Source: Candidatus Nitrosomirales archaeon (GTDB lineage Archaea > Thermoproteota > Nitrososphaeria > Nitrososphaerales > UBA213). From it: a stretch of 64,000 bases of DNA. The translations under genes were made by a program, and so were the position numbers. This document shows, one piece after another, positions 1 to 9,279 of this stretch (positions within the stretch are counted from its first letter, which is position 1; each line of letters starts with the position of its first letter). The stretch is taken from contig JBMCYV010000001.1 of the NCBI GenBank assembly GCA_049199595.1, forward strand, positions 46,778 to 110,777, in the 5' to 3' direction. The notes beneath the pieces were generated by a model, which was not told the origin of the DNA, searched no databases, and was given only the letters and a program-made list of their open reading frames with translations.

Positions 1-259
1 CTCTTCTCAGATATACAATAACATCGGCAGCACTCTCCCCTACTGGAGCTTTCATACAAACATCGGAATTCTTTATTGCCTGGAAACTATGATCTGGTAA
101 TGCCTTACCAGTTTTCTTTACGCTTGAATCTCCTGCCTCGATGTCTATAATGTCGAACTTCACATCATACTTGTCATGGATTAAAGTTAGAACGGATCGT
201 GTTGCTTTTGATATTTCCGGACCTATGCCATCTCCTAGAATAAGTGCTAATCTATACAT
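1..259 (-). CDS. leuB: 3-isopropylmalate/isocitrate dehydrogenase family, 5' part (runs off the window start)
   Basis: Read manually: MYRLALILGDGIGPEIS. The GDGIGPE motif marks this family, and the gene directly follows leuA. Confidence 0.85.
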   Translation of the reverse strand, partial: MYRLALILGDGIGPEISKATRSVLTLIHDKYDVKFDIIDIEAGDSSVKKTGKALPDHSFQAIKNSDVCMKAPVGESAADVIVYLRR

Positions 260-260
260 C

Positions 261-1790
261 TTAAACCGTGTATTTCCGTAATTCCGTATCTTTATCTGTT
301 GTTCTTTTGAGCATAATCCTGTTCAGGCCATTGATCATTGCCTGAACACTCGCAATTACTATGTCTTCACCAGCTGCTCTTGCAGTTGAAACGTTGCCAT
401 ACTTGTCCTCAACCTTTATACTAACTTCTGCCAACGCATCAGATCCGCCAGTTATCGCCTCTAACCTGAATTCTCTTAACTTCACACTGGCAAGTTCGTT
501 TGTGATCTTCTGTATTGCATTTAGAGCAGCATCGACAGGCCCCAAACCAGTGTCAGCAGCGACGAACTCCTTCCCTTCAACAACCAAGCGCACAGATGCT
601 GTTGGTACAACATTCATTCCAGTCATTACACTAAAGTCGGTTAGCTTTACCTTCTCCTCTAGTCCCTCTTGGCGCATGATCTGCGATGCAATTGCCAACA
701 GATCCGCGTCTGTGATATGCTTACCCTTGTCTCCCAAATCTTTGATCTTATCAACGATCTCTCGCAACTGTTCCTGTGTTGGTTTCAAACCATATTCATC
801 GAGCATTGCTGAAACGCCATGTGCGCCAGCATGCTTGCCAGCTTCCAGCCATCGTTTCCTTCCAACAAGTTCTGGACTAATTGGTTCATATGTCAAAGGA
901 TTTGACAATACACCATGCGTATGGATTCCGGATTCGTGACCAAACGCATTCTCTCCAATGATTGCCTTGTTCGGTTGCACAACTATGCCAGATAAACTTG
1001 ATACTAGTCTAGAGGTTTCATAAAGCAACTCTGTTTTGATATGTGTTTTTCTGCCATACAAACAGTGTAAAGCCATCACAAATTCTTCCAAAGATGCATT
1101 GCCAGCTCTCTCTCCTAAACCGTTTATTGTAACATGGGCGCATGATGCACCTGCTTCAATACCAGCAATCGAGTTTGCAACCGCCAGCCCAAAGTCATCA
1201 TGGCAGTGCATGCTTATCGGAACATTTACTGTCGATCTTAATTCCCTGATCAAACTGTCAATATACTTTGGATGCGAGTAGCCTACAGTATCGGGAACAT
1301 CGATCCTGTCTGCACCAGCATCTACAACTGCTTTATAGACCTGCTTGAGAAACTCCCTGTCTGTTCTCGTGGCATCCTCTGCCGAAAACTCAACATAGAG
1401 TCCATGCGACTTGCCGTATTCCACTGCCTCAACAGCTTTGCGCAATGCCTCTTCCCTAGAGATCTTCAGCTTGTACTGCAGATGAATGTCAGACGTTGCG
1501 ATGAACGTATGGACATACTTCAGATCACAGTTGATGACAGCATCAATGTCGCGCTTTTCAGCCCTTGCAAGTCCAGCTATCTCAGAGGGAAGCCCTTGTT
1601 TTGCAATTTCCTTGATCGCATCAATCTCTCCTTGAGACACTATCGGGAAACCTGCTTCTATGACATCAACTCCCAGCTTGCTTAGCTGAACTGCTATCTT
1701 CACCTTGTTACTTGGAGTGAGAGTAACCCCTGGAGTTTGCTCACCGTCTCTTAAAGTAGTATCGTAAATCCTAACATACTCCTCAGTCAT
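261..1790 (-). CDS. leuA: 2-isopropylmalate synthase (LeuA/CimA family)
   Basis: DTTLRDGEQ, HCHDDFG and GERAGNA motifs plus a C-terminal regulatory domain. Likely start is MTEEY at 1790. Confidence 0.9.
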   Translation of the reverse strand: MTEEYVRIYDTTLRDGEQTPGVTLTPSNKVKIAVQLSKLGVDVIEAGFPIVSQGEIDAIKEIAKQGLPSEIAGLARAEKRDIDAVINCDLKYVHTFIATSDIHLQYKLKISREEALRKAVEAVEYGKSHGLYVEFSAEDATRTDREFLKQVYKAVVDAGADRIDVPDTVGYSHPKYIDSLIRELRSTVNVPISMHCHDDFGLAVANSIAGIEAGASCAHVTINGLGERAGNASLEEFVMALHCLYGRKTHIKTELLYETSRLVSSLSGIVVQPNKAIIGENAFGHESGIHTHGVLSNPLTYEPISPELVGRKRWLEAGKHAGAHGVSAMLDEYGLKPTQEQLREIVDKIKDLGDKGKHITDADLLAIASQIMRQEGLEEKVKLTDFSVMTGMNVVPTASVRLVVEGKEFVAADTGLGPVDAALNAIQKITNELASVKLREFRLEAITGGSDALAEVSIKVEDKYGNVSTARAAGEDIVIASVQAMINGLNRIMLKRTTDKDTELRKYTV

Positions 1791-2274
1791 TAAACGCACC
1801 TCTTGGCAATGCAGAGACTCCGGTTCTCGCCAGCTGTATGACACCATAATGTTCGACTAGTGCCTTGAAGGCGTCTATCTTGTCCGGCGTGTCAGTTATC
1901 TCGACCATTATAGATCCCTTGCTTGTATCAACAACTTTTCCTCCAAAATTATTTGCAAGATTTACTATCTCCGTCTTAGATGTAGGATCTGCAGCTTTTA
2001 ACTTTATCAATGCGAGTTCCCTGTAAACTGTCTGGTCTGTAGCAAGCCTTGTTACTTCAACGACATCGATGAGTTTTCGTAACTGCTTTACCAACTGCTC
2101 CGTAACATTTTCGTCGCTCTCTATTGTAACGGTGATCCTTGAAAGATCCTTATCCTCCGTAGGTCCTACCGACAAACTTTCGATGTTAAAACTTCTTGCT
2201 CTAAACATGTTCGAAACTCTGAAGAGCACTCCTGGTTTGTTTTCTACCAGTGCAGAAATAATATTCCAACCCAT
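1783..2274 (-). CDS. ilvN: Acetolactate synthase small (regulatory) subunit
   Basis: ACT domain VENKPGVLFRV..FRARSFNIESLSVG, downstream of ilvB. Confidence 0.95.
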   Translation of the reverse strand: MGWNIISALVENKPGVLFRVSNMFRARSFNIESLSVGPTEDKDLSRITVTIESDENVTEQLVKQLRKLIDVVEVTRLATDQTVYRELALIKLKAADPTSKTEIVNLANNFGGKVVDTSKGSIMVEITDTPDKIDAFKALVEHYGVIQLARTGVSALPRGAFND

Positions 2275-2282
2275 GTTCTCAC

Positions 2283-3971
2283 CTATCCAGCCACGATCAT
2301 GTCCTTCAGTCCCGTTCCAGGAGCCACAAATGGATATACATCTTCTTCAGGATCTATCAGAATGTCAATTACAGTTGCGACATCGCTCTTCAATGCTACC
2401 TTTATTGCTTTATCAAGTTCATCCATGGACTGCGCTCTTATGCCCTGAGCACCGTAAGCGTCAGCAAGTTTCACGAAATCTGGCGTTGCCTTTAGATCGA
2501 TACCCATGTAGCGCCTGTTGTAGAAGAGTCTCTGCCACTGAGCTACCATGCCCAATGAGTAGTTGTTCATCAGGAAGACTATGACTGGAAGGTTGTCTTG
2601 CACAGAAACTGCCAGCGAGTTTTCTGTCATATTGAAACTGCCATCGCCTGCAATATCTACAACATGAACATCCGGTTTCGCAGCCTTTGCTCCTATTGAA
2701 GCGGGAAAGCCAAAGCCCATCGTTCCTAAACCTGTCGAGCTGAAGAATGTCCCTGGTTGAATGATATCAAAGTGTAGCGAGGCCCACATCTGGCACTGTC
2801 CAACCTCTGTAGTAACAATGGATTCAGGAGGGAGCAATTCTCTCAATTTCTTGAGTGACTTTCTGGCCGTTATATCTCTCGATGCATCTTTAATCGAGCT
2901 CTGGTAATATTCTCTAATTTCCTTGATATGTTTGAACCATGATGTCTCTTGCTCCTTCTTCGCAATCCTCTTAGCCAGCATTTTTACCAATGCCCTAAGC
3001 GATGCCTTGACATCTCCAACTAGCGGAACATCAACTGTCTTGTTCTTTCCAATCTCAGCTGGATCTATGTCTATGTGAATTATCTTCATCCTTTGACCGA
3101 ACTCATCAAACTTGCCAACAGATCTGTCTGAGAACCTTGCTCCTATTGCCAGAAGGACATCTGACTCGATTATCAACTTGTTAGCTTCAGCATGTCCGTG
3201 CATACCGATTGGGCCAAGAGCCAAGGGATGATTTTCTGGAAACGCGCCCTTGCCCTTGAAAGTGGTAACCACTGGTATCATTAACAGTTCTGCTAAAGCC
3301 TGAAGTTCCGGAAATGCACTAGAAATATGCACCCCTCCTCCAGCCATTATCATGGGTCTTTCTGCATTGAGTAACAGTTCTACTGCTTCACCCATTTTTG
3401 AAATATCAGGATCAACGAGTGGAGAATAGCCTCTTATCTTGACAAACTCTGGAAAACTAACATCCTTAACCTCTTGCTGCACGTCTTTGGGAATATCAAC
3501 TAACACTGGACCTGGTCTTCCACTTTCAGCAATGTAAAACGCTTTCTTTATGGTTTCTGGAATTTCTGTAGCTGATCTTGGTTGGAAGCAGTATTTTGTT
3601 ATCGACGCACAAATGCCAACTATATCGCACTCCTGAAAAGCATCCCTCCCGATCATTGCTTTTGGCACCTGACCAGTTACAGCTACCACCGGTGCAGAGT
3701 CCATGTAAGCAGTTGCTATTCCAGTAACAAGGTTAGTTGCTCCCGGTCCGGAAGTTGCAAAACAAACTCCAGGTTTACGTTTTATTCTGCCATAACCATC
3801 TGCCATGTGTGCAGCTGATTGTTCATGTCTAACCAAGATATGTCTGATATTGCTTGAATAAAGTTCGTCATACATTGGTAGATTAGCACCTCCGGGCATG
3901 CCGAAGACAATGTCTACGCCCTCCTTCTCTAGAGCATGCATCAACGCCTTAGAACCAGATAGTTCGACCAT
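2283..3971 (-). CDS. ilvB: Acetolactate synthase large subunit
   Basis: RHEQSAAHMADGY, TSGPGATN and GDGSFNM TPP-binding motifs. Confidence 0.95.
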   Translation of the reverse strand: MVELSGSKALMHALEKEGVDIVFGMPGGANLPMYDELYSSNIRHILVRHEQSAAHMADGYGRIKRKPGVCFATSGPGATNLVTGIATAYMDSAPVVAVTGQVPKAMIGRDAFQECDIVGICASITKYCFQPRSATEIPETIKKAFYIAESGRPGPVLVDIPKDVQQEVKDVSFPEFVKIRGYSPLVDPDISKMGEAVELLLNAERPMIMAGGGVHISSAFPELQALAELLMIPVVTTFKGKGAFPENHPLALGPIGMHGHAEANKLIIESDVLLAIGARFSDRSVGKFDEFGQRMKIIHIDIDPAEIGKNKTVDVPLVGDVKASLRALVKMLAKRIAKKEQETSWFKHIKEIREYYQSSIKDASRDITARKSLKKLRELLPPESIVTTEVGQCQMWASLHFDIIQPGTFFSSTGLGTMGFGFPASIGAKAAKPDVHVVDIAGDGSFNMTENSLAVSVQDNLPVIVFLMNNYSLGMVAQWQRLFYNRRYMGIDLKATPDFVKLADAYGAQGIRAQSMDELDKAIKVALKSDVATVIDILIDPEEDVYPFVAPGTGLKDMIVAG

Positions 3972-3985
3972 TTTTTATCACCAAC

Positions 3986-4013
3986 AAACCCTGCACGAGA
4001 AACTGCAGGATTT
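3986..4013 (-). promoter_or_regulatory. 10-bp hairpin between the leader peptide and the ilvB ribosome-binding site (candidate attenuator)
   Basis: Minus strand AAAUCCUGCA-GUUUCUCG-UGCAGGGUUU, followed by GUUGGUGA (Shine-Dalgarno-like) and the ilvB AUG. Confidence 0.6.
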
Positions 4014-4077
4014 AATCTAGCAAGACAACTAGCAAAAGCAGTTCTACAAGGCTAGTTGTGTTGCCGTGTTCATTCAT
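4012..4077 (-). CDS. Putative ilvB leader peptide, 21 aa, MNEHGNTTSLVELLLLVVLLD
   Basis: Read manually. 7 Leu and 3 Val in the last 12 codons, located upstream of a branched-chain amino acid operon, with a TATA-like element ~24 nt upstream of the ATG. Confidence 0.7.
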   Translation of the reverse strand: MNEHGNTTSLVELLLLVVLLD

Positions 4078-4100
4078 ACGAGTCAGGTATGCATACTCCG

Positions 4101-4113
4101 TATAATTATAAAT
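4101..4113. promoter_or_regulatory. Bidirectional TATA-like element (TATAATTATAAAT)
   Basis: About 25 nt from both the leader-peptide ATG (minus strand) and the 4140 start (plus strand). Confidence 0.5.
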
Positions 4114-4139
4114 ATTTTGCCCCTCTATCATGAGTCACT

Positions 4140-4550
4140 TTGTCAGAAAGCGATGAGTCGCTCATTGAAAAGACAGTCTACAGGGCATTTGAGATAGGGA
4201 AGAGTAAGGATTTGCAATCTATACAGAGTATGCACTATAATGACAAACGGTTCTCAAAGTTTGGAGACACACCTCCGTATATGAGAATGGACTTCAATGA
4301 TGCATGCATGCATGAGGAATTATATTTTGCAAGCGTTTCCGACTATGACTTTAAGATTGAGGATCTTAGAGTAGACATATTTGACGATGTTGCTATTGCA
4401 ACTTTCCTGATCGAACATACTGGAATGCTTGTAGATGATTACAGCTTTACGGGTCGAACGATGAGCGTCAAGTCCAGAGCGACAATGGTCTTCCAGAAAA
4501 AAGATTCACAGTGGTTAATAATACATGAACACTTTTCAAAAATTCCTTAG
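4140..4550 (+). CDS. NTF2/SnoaL-like (DUF4440-type) protein
   Basis: C-terminal RATMVFQKKDSQWLIIHEHFS is typical of the NTF2-like fold. Confidence 0.75.
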   Translation: MSESDESLIEKTVYRAFEIGKSKDLQSIQSMHYNDKRFSKFGDTPPYMRMDFNDACMHEELYFASVSDYDFKIEDLRVDIFDDVAIATFLIEHTGMLVDDYSFTGRTMSVKSRATMVFQKKDSQWLIIHEHFSKIP

Positions 4551-4569
4551 ATTGTAGTGATAGATACTG

Positions 4570-5376
4570 TTATCGCTCTATATCAATTACAGGTGACTCT
4601 TTCAGAGTATTAAACAATTCATACGCTTCTTTTACAGTTGCATTCTCGTGAACTATGTTTCGTACTGCTCTAATCATTGCCACTGGATGATCTGATTGCC
4701 AAATATTTCTACCCATGTCAACACCAACAGCTCCATGTTTTACAGAATTGTATGCAAGCTCCAGTGCTTCCAATTCGCTCGTCTTCTTTCCGCCAGCGAT
4801 GATTATCGGAACAGGACAACCTTCAACAACTTTTTCAAACTCTTCACAGTAGTAAGTTTTTACCATCTTCGCACCAAGTTCTGCCGCTACTCTGCACGAT
4901 AATGAAAGATAGCGAGCATCCCTTGCCATCTCTTTCCCAACAGCAGTGACTGCTAATACTGGAATGCCATATTTTTCACCTTCGTCAACAAGCTTTGAAA
5001 GATTTACAAGCGTTTGGTGCTCATGTGCTTCACCAACAAAGATTGAAAGAGCCAGAGCAGATACATTTAGTCTTATAGCTTCTTCAATAGAAGTTGTGAT
5101 AGATTCGTTAGAAAGATCCTGCCCAACAATACTGGTACCTCCTGATACTCTGAGAACGATAGGTATGTTAGCATTAGGATCTACAGATGAACGTAATACT
5201 CCTCTAGTAAGCATAAGAGAGTCAGCATAAGGAAGAAGTGGAGCAATAGTTTTTCTAGGATTCTCTAGTTTTTGTGTAGGTCCTAAAAAGTATCCATGAT
5301 CTACCGCAAGCATGACCGCACGACCAGTATCTGGTTTGATTATCTTTGCAATGCGGTTCTGCATTCCCCAGTCCAT
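4570..5376 (-). CDS. lsrF: LsrF-like class I aldolase/thiolase (DhnA family)
   Basis: MDWGMQNR N-terminus, AVDHGYFLGP, VKTYY Schiff-base Lys and DMGRNIWQ. Confidence 0.8.
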   Translation of the reverse strand: MDWGMQNRIAKIIKPDTGRAVMLAVDHGYFLGPTQKLENPRKTIAPLLPYADSLMLTRGVLRSSVDPNANIPIVLRVSGGTSIVGQDLSNESITTSIEEAIRLNVSALALSIFVGEAHEHQTLVNLSKLVDEGEKYGIPVLAVTAVGKEMARDARYLSLSCRVAAELGAKMVKTYYCEEFEKVVEGCPVPIIIAGGKKTSELEALELAYNSVKHGAVGVDMGRNIWQSDHPVAMIRAVRNIVHENATVKEAYELFNTLKESPVIDIER

Positions 5377-5424
5377 CTTGATTACCTAGATTTTCAAAGA
5401 GAGTAAGGCCATAGTTAAATTTTT

Positions 5425-6453
5425 CTAAGATGTCACAACAACTTTCATTGCATCTTTTGCCTCATATGCACATTTGATCGCATCACCAACTCTCTCTAAA
5501 TCAAATCTATGCGTAATTATTGGTTTTATGTCCAGTCGTTTTGATGCAATCAGCTCAAATGCTTGGTTCGTCTCTTTTTCAGATGCCGCCAAACTCGGGA
5601 TCAACTTTATCTCGTTTGAGAAGATGCGGTTAACGTCAAGCGTTACATTCGAACCTTTGGAAGGGACACCAAACATTACTACTTTGCCTCCACTTCTTAC
5701 TAACTCCAGTGATTGCAGAAATGCCTTTGCACTGCCCGTTGCTACTATAGCAATATCTGCACCCCTGTTTTCAGTAGAATCTTTTATAATCTTGGTGGCA
5801 TCATCTCTTGTTGTATTTATTGCGATATCAGCCCCAAGTCTTTTGGCAAAGTCTAACCTGAAATCGTTTATATCAATGGCAAATATCTTACCAGCTCCAA
5901 ATATTCTGGAAAGGATGACGTGCATTACGCCAGCAGGACCTACACCAACTACCGCAACATCATCACCTTTCTTCATTTCGGATTTGTTTATGGCTCTGAT
6001 ACAACAAGCAAGGGGTTCTATCATTGCCGCTTCTTCAAAGGAGACGTTGTTTGGTAGTTTGATTAGTCCTCCTCTGCTAACATTCCATTCTGGAACAAGA
6101 AACACCTCTGCCAGACCACAAGGTTCAAGATTGCTTTTTTGATACTGGGGGCACATTGTGTAATCTTCATGCTTACAATAATGACATGAATAACACGGAA
6201 CATGATGATGCACGAATACCCTGTCGCCAACTTTAAGGTCCTTAACTTTCTTGCCTAAACCAACGATCTCACCTGCAGGCTCGTGTCCGAGTCGCATCGA
6301 TACAACTCCGTAATGTCCATATACTTTCTCGAGATCTGAACCACATAAACCGCAGGCATGCATCTTTACAAGAACATCACCACCGCCAATTTCTGGTGTG
6401 GGAACATCCTTTACACTAATGCTGTTAGCTTCTCCGACAAAGACAGCCTTCAT
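5425..6453 (-). CDS. Zn-dependent alcohol/sugar dehydrogenase (MDR family)
   Basis: CGSD, GHE, structural-Zn CxxCxxC and GVGPAG motifs. Confidence 0.9.
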   Translation of the reverse strand: MKAVFVGEANSISVKDVPTPEIGGGDVLVKMHACGLCGSDLEKVYGHYGVVSMRLGHEPAGEIVGLGKKVKDLKVGDRVFVHHHVPCYSCHYCKHEDYTMCPQYQKSNLEPCGLAEVFLVPEWNVSRGGLIKLPNNVSFEEAAMIEPLACCIRAINKSEMKKGDDVAVVGVGPAGVMHVILSRIFGAGKIFAIDINDFRLDFAKRLGADIAINTTRDDATKIIKDSTENRGADIAIVATGSAKAFLQSLELVRSGGKVVMFGVPSKGSNVTLDVNRIFSNEIKLIPSLAASEKETNQAFELIASKRLDIKPIITHRFDLERVGDAIKCAYEAKDAMKVVVTS

Positions 6454-6494
6454 ATCGATGATGATAATCTTCTGTCATAAATAATGATTCTGCT

Positions 6495-6944
6495 TCAAGC
6501 ACTAGCACCTACCAATTGCTTTCCGTGAGGGAATATTTCGCGCTTGATTACGGCCCATTCAATCGAAGCAACTCCCGGTCCACCAATAAGCAAGGTGGCG
6601 GCGCATGCTAAGAGCAGAAGCTCAAGTTCGAAACCGCCTATGAATCCCTTGGGCAGCTTCACTAGCATGATAGCTCCGATCATGTCTCCTATCAACAGGA
6701 TTGATGCTATCCTTGTTAGAATGCCGAGAATCAACGCAATGCCGCCAAAGAATTCCAGCAATCCTATTAGTAATGCAAGTTCTGCAGGAAGTCCTATATT
6801 GCCAAAGAATCCCTGCGTGCCAGCAACATCCATTAATTTTGGATATCCGTGTAACATGAAAGCTGCTCCTGCAACGATCCTGATTGGCAATTGACTGAGC
6901 AGCAGCGATCTTCTTACACCGTATACCATTATCTTTCCCTGCAC
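6495..6944 (-). CDS. DoxX family membrane protein
   Basis: HGYPKL, EFFGGIALILGILTR and GGFELEL motifs. Confidence 0.85.
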   Translation of the reverse strand: MQGKIMVYGVRRSLLLSQLPIRIVAGAAFMLHGYPKLMDVAGTQGFFGNIGLPAELALLIGLLEFFGGIALILGILTRIASILLIGDMIGAIMLVKLPKGFIGGFELELLLLACAATLLIGGPGVASIEWAVIKREIFPHGKQLVGASA

Positions 6945-7000
6945 GTTAATGGTTATAATTTGTTTCTATGCAAAAAATGTTCACTAAATGAAACTCATAG

Positions 7001-7122
7001 TTAAGCATACTCGCTGATCCTTCTCTGATACCGTGCGTCCTGCAGGATCTTGCTTTTTGGCAACCATTTGTTCAATGGAATCGTAAGGTTGCTCACCGCA
7101 AATTCTAAAGCTTGTTCCATGC
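7001..7122 (-). pseudogene. Diverged duplicate of the nreA 3' end (39 codons plus stop)
   Basis: Manual ungapped alignment to 15485-15606 gives 101/122 nt identical and 35/39 aa identical. Confidence 0.9.
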
Positions 7123-7182
7123 CCAATCTTTCTGGTTTGATTTCAACTCTGTAGACAGGAGTATTATCATTGTTGGAGAATA

Positions 7183-8652
7183 TCATGCGATTACTTGTAC
7201 CTCTATATTCTTTGATGGTGCAAGTGGTGAAGGAGTTTCCAAGTTGTTCCAGAGGAAAGTTTGTATCCTGTATTCGCCTGATTCTTCAGGTAGCCACGAC
7301 TGGGCTGGTCTGAATGAATCCGCTGCGGCAAGTTCACCAGTTAACCATGACAACGATACGGTAACATCGTTCTCGTCCTTTATCTGGACTATGTAGGCAA
7401 ATGGTTGAGTATTTGTCTGTGAGTTGGTAATCTGACTCTGTATCACTACCTGCGAACCCACTGTTAGATCTGTTAACGCATTATCCTCCTGGTCAACTAG
7501 CGCGGGATCTCGGAAAACTATAGGACTCTCCGTATCCAGATCAAATATTTCTATTTTGCTATTTCCTTCGGGATAATTTATTTTGACGTTAAAATGAGTT
7601 GCATTTTTATTCGATGTGAAATCGATATTTGTACGATTAATGCTAGCTGAAGCAATATCATGGAAAGCTTCCCTTGGTATTTGCAGTTCTAATGTTCCTG
7701 CCTTATTTGCTACATTGACAAACTCAAGTTTCCTTTCATACTTGAGAAATTTCAAATCCTGCACTGCAGATTCTGTCTTCATGATGAAGTTATTGAGCAA
7801 TTGTCCCTCCGTGTAATTACCATAGAATAGAGGTGCTGGTTTAATTGTTGGTACTGTGCCCAAAAAAGGTGCAACGGCAAATAACCAAGTTCCTTCAGTC
7901 TGGTTAATACTATTCCCGACGAAAGAATAAGGTTTTGGGAGGGTGGTGTCATGATAAAAAGCTACTATAGCCTCCCCATCAGGGTTGAATTGTAATGGTC
8001 TTAATAGTCCACTTGATGAAGTAGCTTTTCCTCCAGCAGCAAAAATTCCACTATTAACTCCCAGCTCTGGCACGATTCCTGGAAATATACCACGCATAAA
8101 AGTAGATGTAAGGAAAAATTCATGTACGATATCGCGTTGCTCAGGATCAAGATTTAGATCCTCGTCAATGAGTATGGCTAGTACAGTATCATCGTCTCGA
8201 TAAGAATTCTTTTCAAAGAAAATTCTACCTATGTGATAATCTATGGTTGCTTTGGCATCCAACTTCTGTCCTGAACCAGAAGTGAAAGAAACTGATAACA
8301 TGTCTCCCCTCGAGGCTTTAAGCCTACCATCACTTGGACCTTCACCAATTGTCATGCCATCGGGCCCTGTAAGAGATATGTAACCAGTGAACCTACTGGT
8401 GTCCAAACCTGTTTCAACTAATCTATAATCGCTCAAGCTTTCAGACTCAGTCTTAATATCGACATAGAATTGATCTCTTTTGAATGGATCAACGTTTTGA
8501 TTTGACGCATTTACAGAAATGTTCACTCTACTATACAGGCTATAGGATGTTTTGTCCAACCCTATCATTGGTTCAGAAGCACTATCTGACTTATCAAACG
8601 TCTTAGGAATAAGAAGAGACAGAATTATCAGCGCCAAGAAAAGATTCTTCAA
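7183..8652 (-). CDS. Secreted S-layer-like protein with the thaumarchaeal C-terminal Ig-like domain
   Basis: Signal peptide, ETGLDTSRFTG repeats and C-terminal QPFAYIVQIKDEND..WLPEESGEY. Confidence 0.75.
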   Translation of the reverse strand: MKNLFLALIILSLLIPKTFDKSDSASEPMIGLDKTSYSLYSRVNISVNASNQNVDPFKRDQFYVDIKTESESLSDYRLVETGLDTSRFTGYISLTGPDGMTIGEGPSDGRLKASRGDMLSVSFTSGSGQKLDAKATIDYHIGRIFFEKNSYRDDDTVLAILIDEDLNLDPEQRDIVHEFFLTSTFMRGIFPGIVPELGVNSGIFAAGGKATSSSGLLRPLQFNPDGEAIVAFYHDTTLPKPYSFVGNSINQTEGTWLFAVAPFLGTVPTIKPAPLFYGNYTEGQLLNNFIMKTESAVQDLKFLKYERKLEFVNVANKAGTLELQIPREAFHDIASASINRTNIDFTSNKNATHFNVKINYPEGNSKIEIFDLDTESPIVFRDPALVDQEDNALTDLTVGSQVVIQSQITNSQTNTQPFAYIVQIKDENDVTVSLSWLTGELAAADSFRPAQSWLPEESGEYRIQTFLWNNLETPSPLAPSKNIEVQVIA

Positions 8653-8692
8653 TATAGTTCAACTCTTACAAGTAAAATAAAAATGTTGAGGA

Positions 8693-9223
8693 TCATGCTT
8701 TTAGTACAGTATCCATAGTCACATAATAGTACTTGCCATTATATTCAACTGCAGCTTGATAGAATCTAACAAGCGTGGCACTATCGTCCGTTACATGTTC
8801 CTCAAAGTAATCGAGTTTTACAAGGGAGTTGAGTATTGTTGAAGTTTCTAATTCATTCACAGACATTGTCGCGAATTGGGGAACTGGCGGAATAGCAATC
8901 CTCCCATCACAAAGATCTTCACCGCAAAATTCTAACAACTTCTGATAATTGCTATCTGCACCATCAAATACTTCCTTTAACTTAGGCATATGTGAGACAA
9001 TCAAGGGATCTAAGCTAATTAGGGTGGTCGCATTCCTAGCACGCTCTACTTCGGCATCGAATGCATGTCTGGCGGAAATCAGACCGCTATGAAATCCATA
9101 CGTTACTGGTGAATTTGTTTGTACCGATGCTTGACTAAAACCAAACCATAACGATAGTCCTGCTACTGCAATTGCAATGAAGGCAAATCCCATCTTCTTC
9201 TTTAGTGATGTTCTCATCAACAT
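8693..9223 (-). CDS. Hypothetical secreted/membrane-anchored protein
   Basis: N-terminal basic then hydrophobic segment. Confidence 0.6.
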   Translation of the reverse strand: MLMRTSLKKKMGFAFIAIAVAGLSLWFGFSQASVQTNSPVTYGFHSGLISARHAFDAEVERARNATTLISLDPLIVSHMPKLKEVFDGADSNYQKLLEFCGEDLCDGRIAIPPVPQFATMSVNELETSTILNSLVKLDYFEEHVTDDSATLVRFYQAAVEYNGKYYYVTMDTVLKA

Positions 9224-9279
9224 GAATATATGATTGCAAATTATAAGGCTATTGATAACGTTGGAACAAAAGAGAGTCG

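Noticed and set aside
7001-7186. 61-aa ORF as a real gene
   Set aside because: Only the last 39 codons match NreA. The N-terminal part looks like fortuitous junction sequence.
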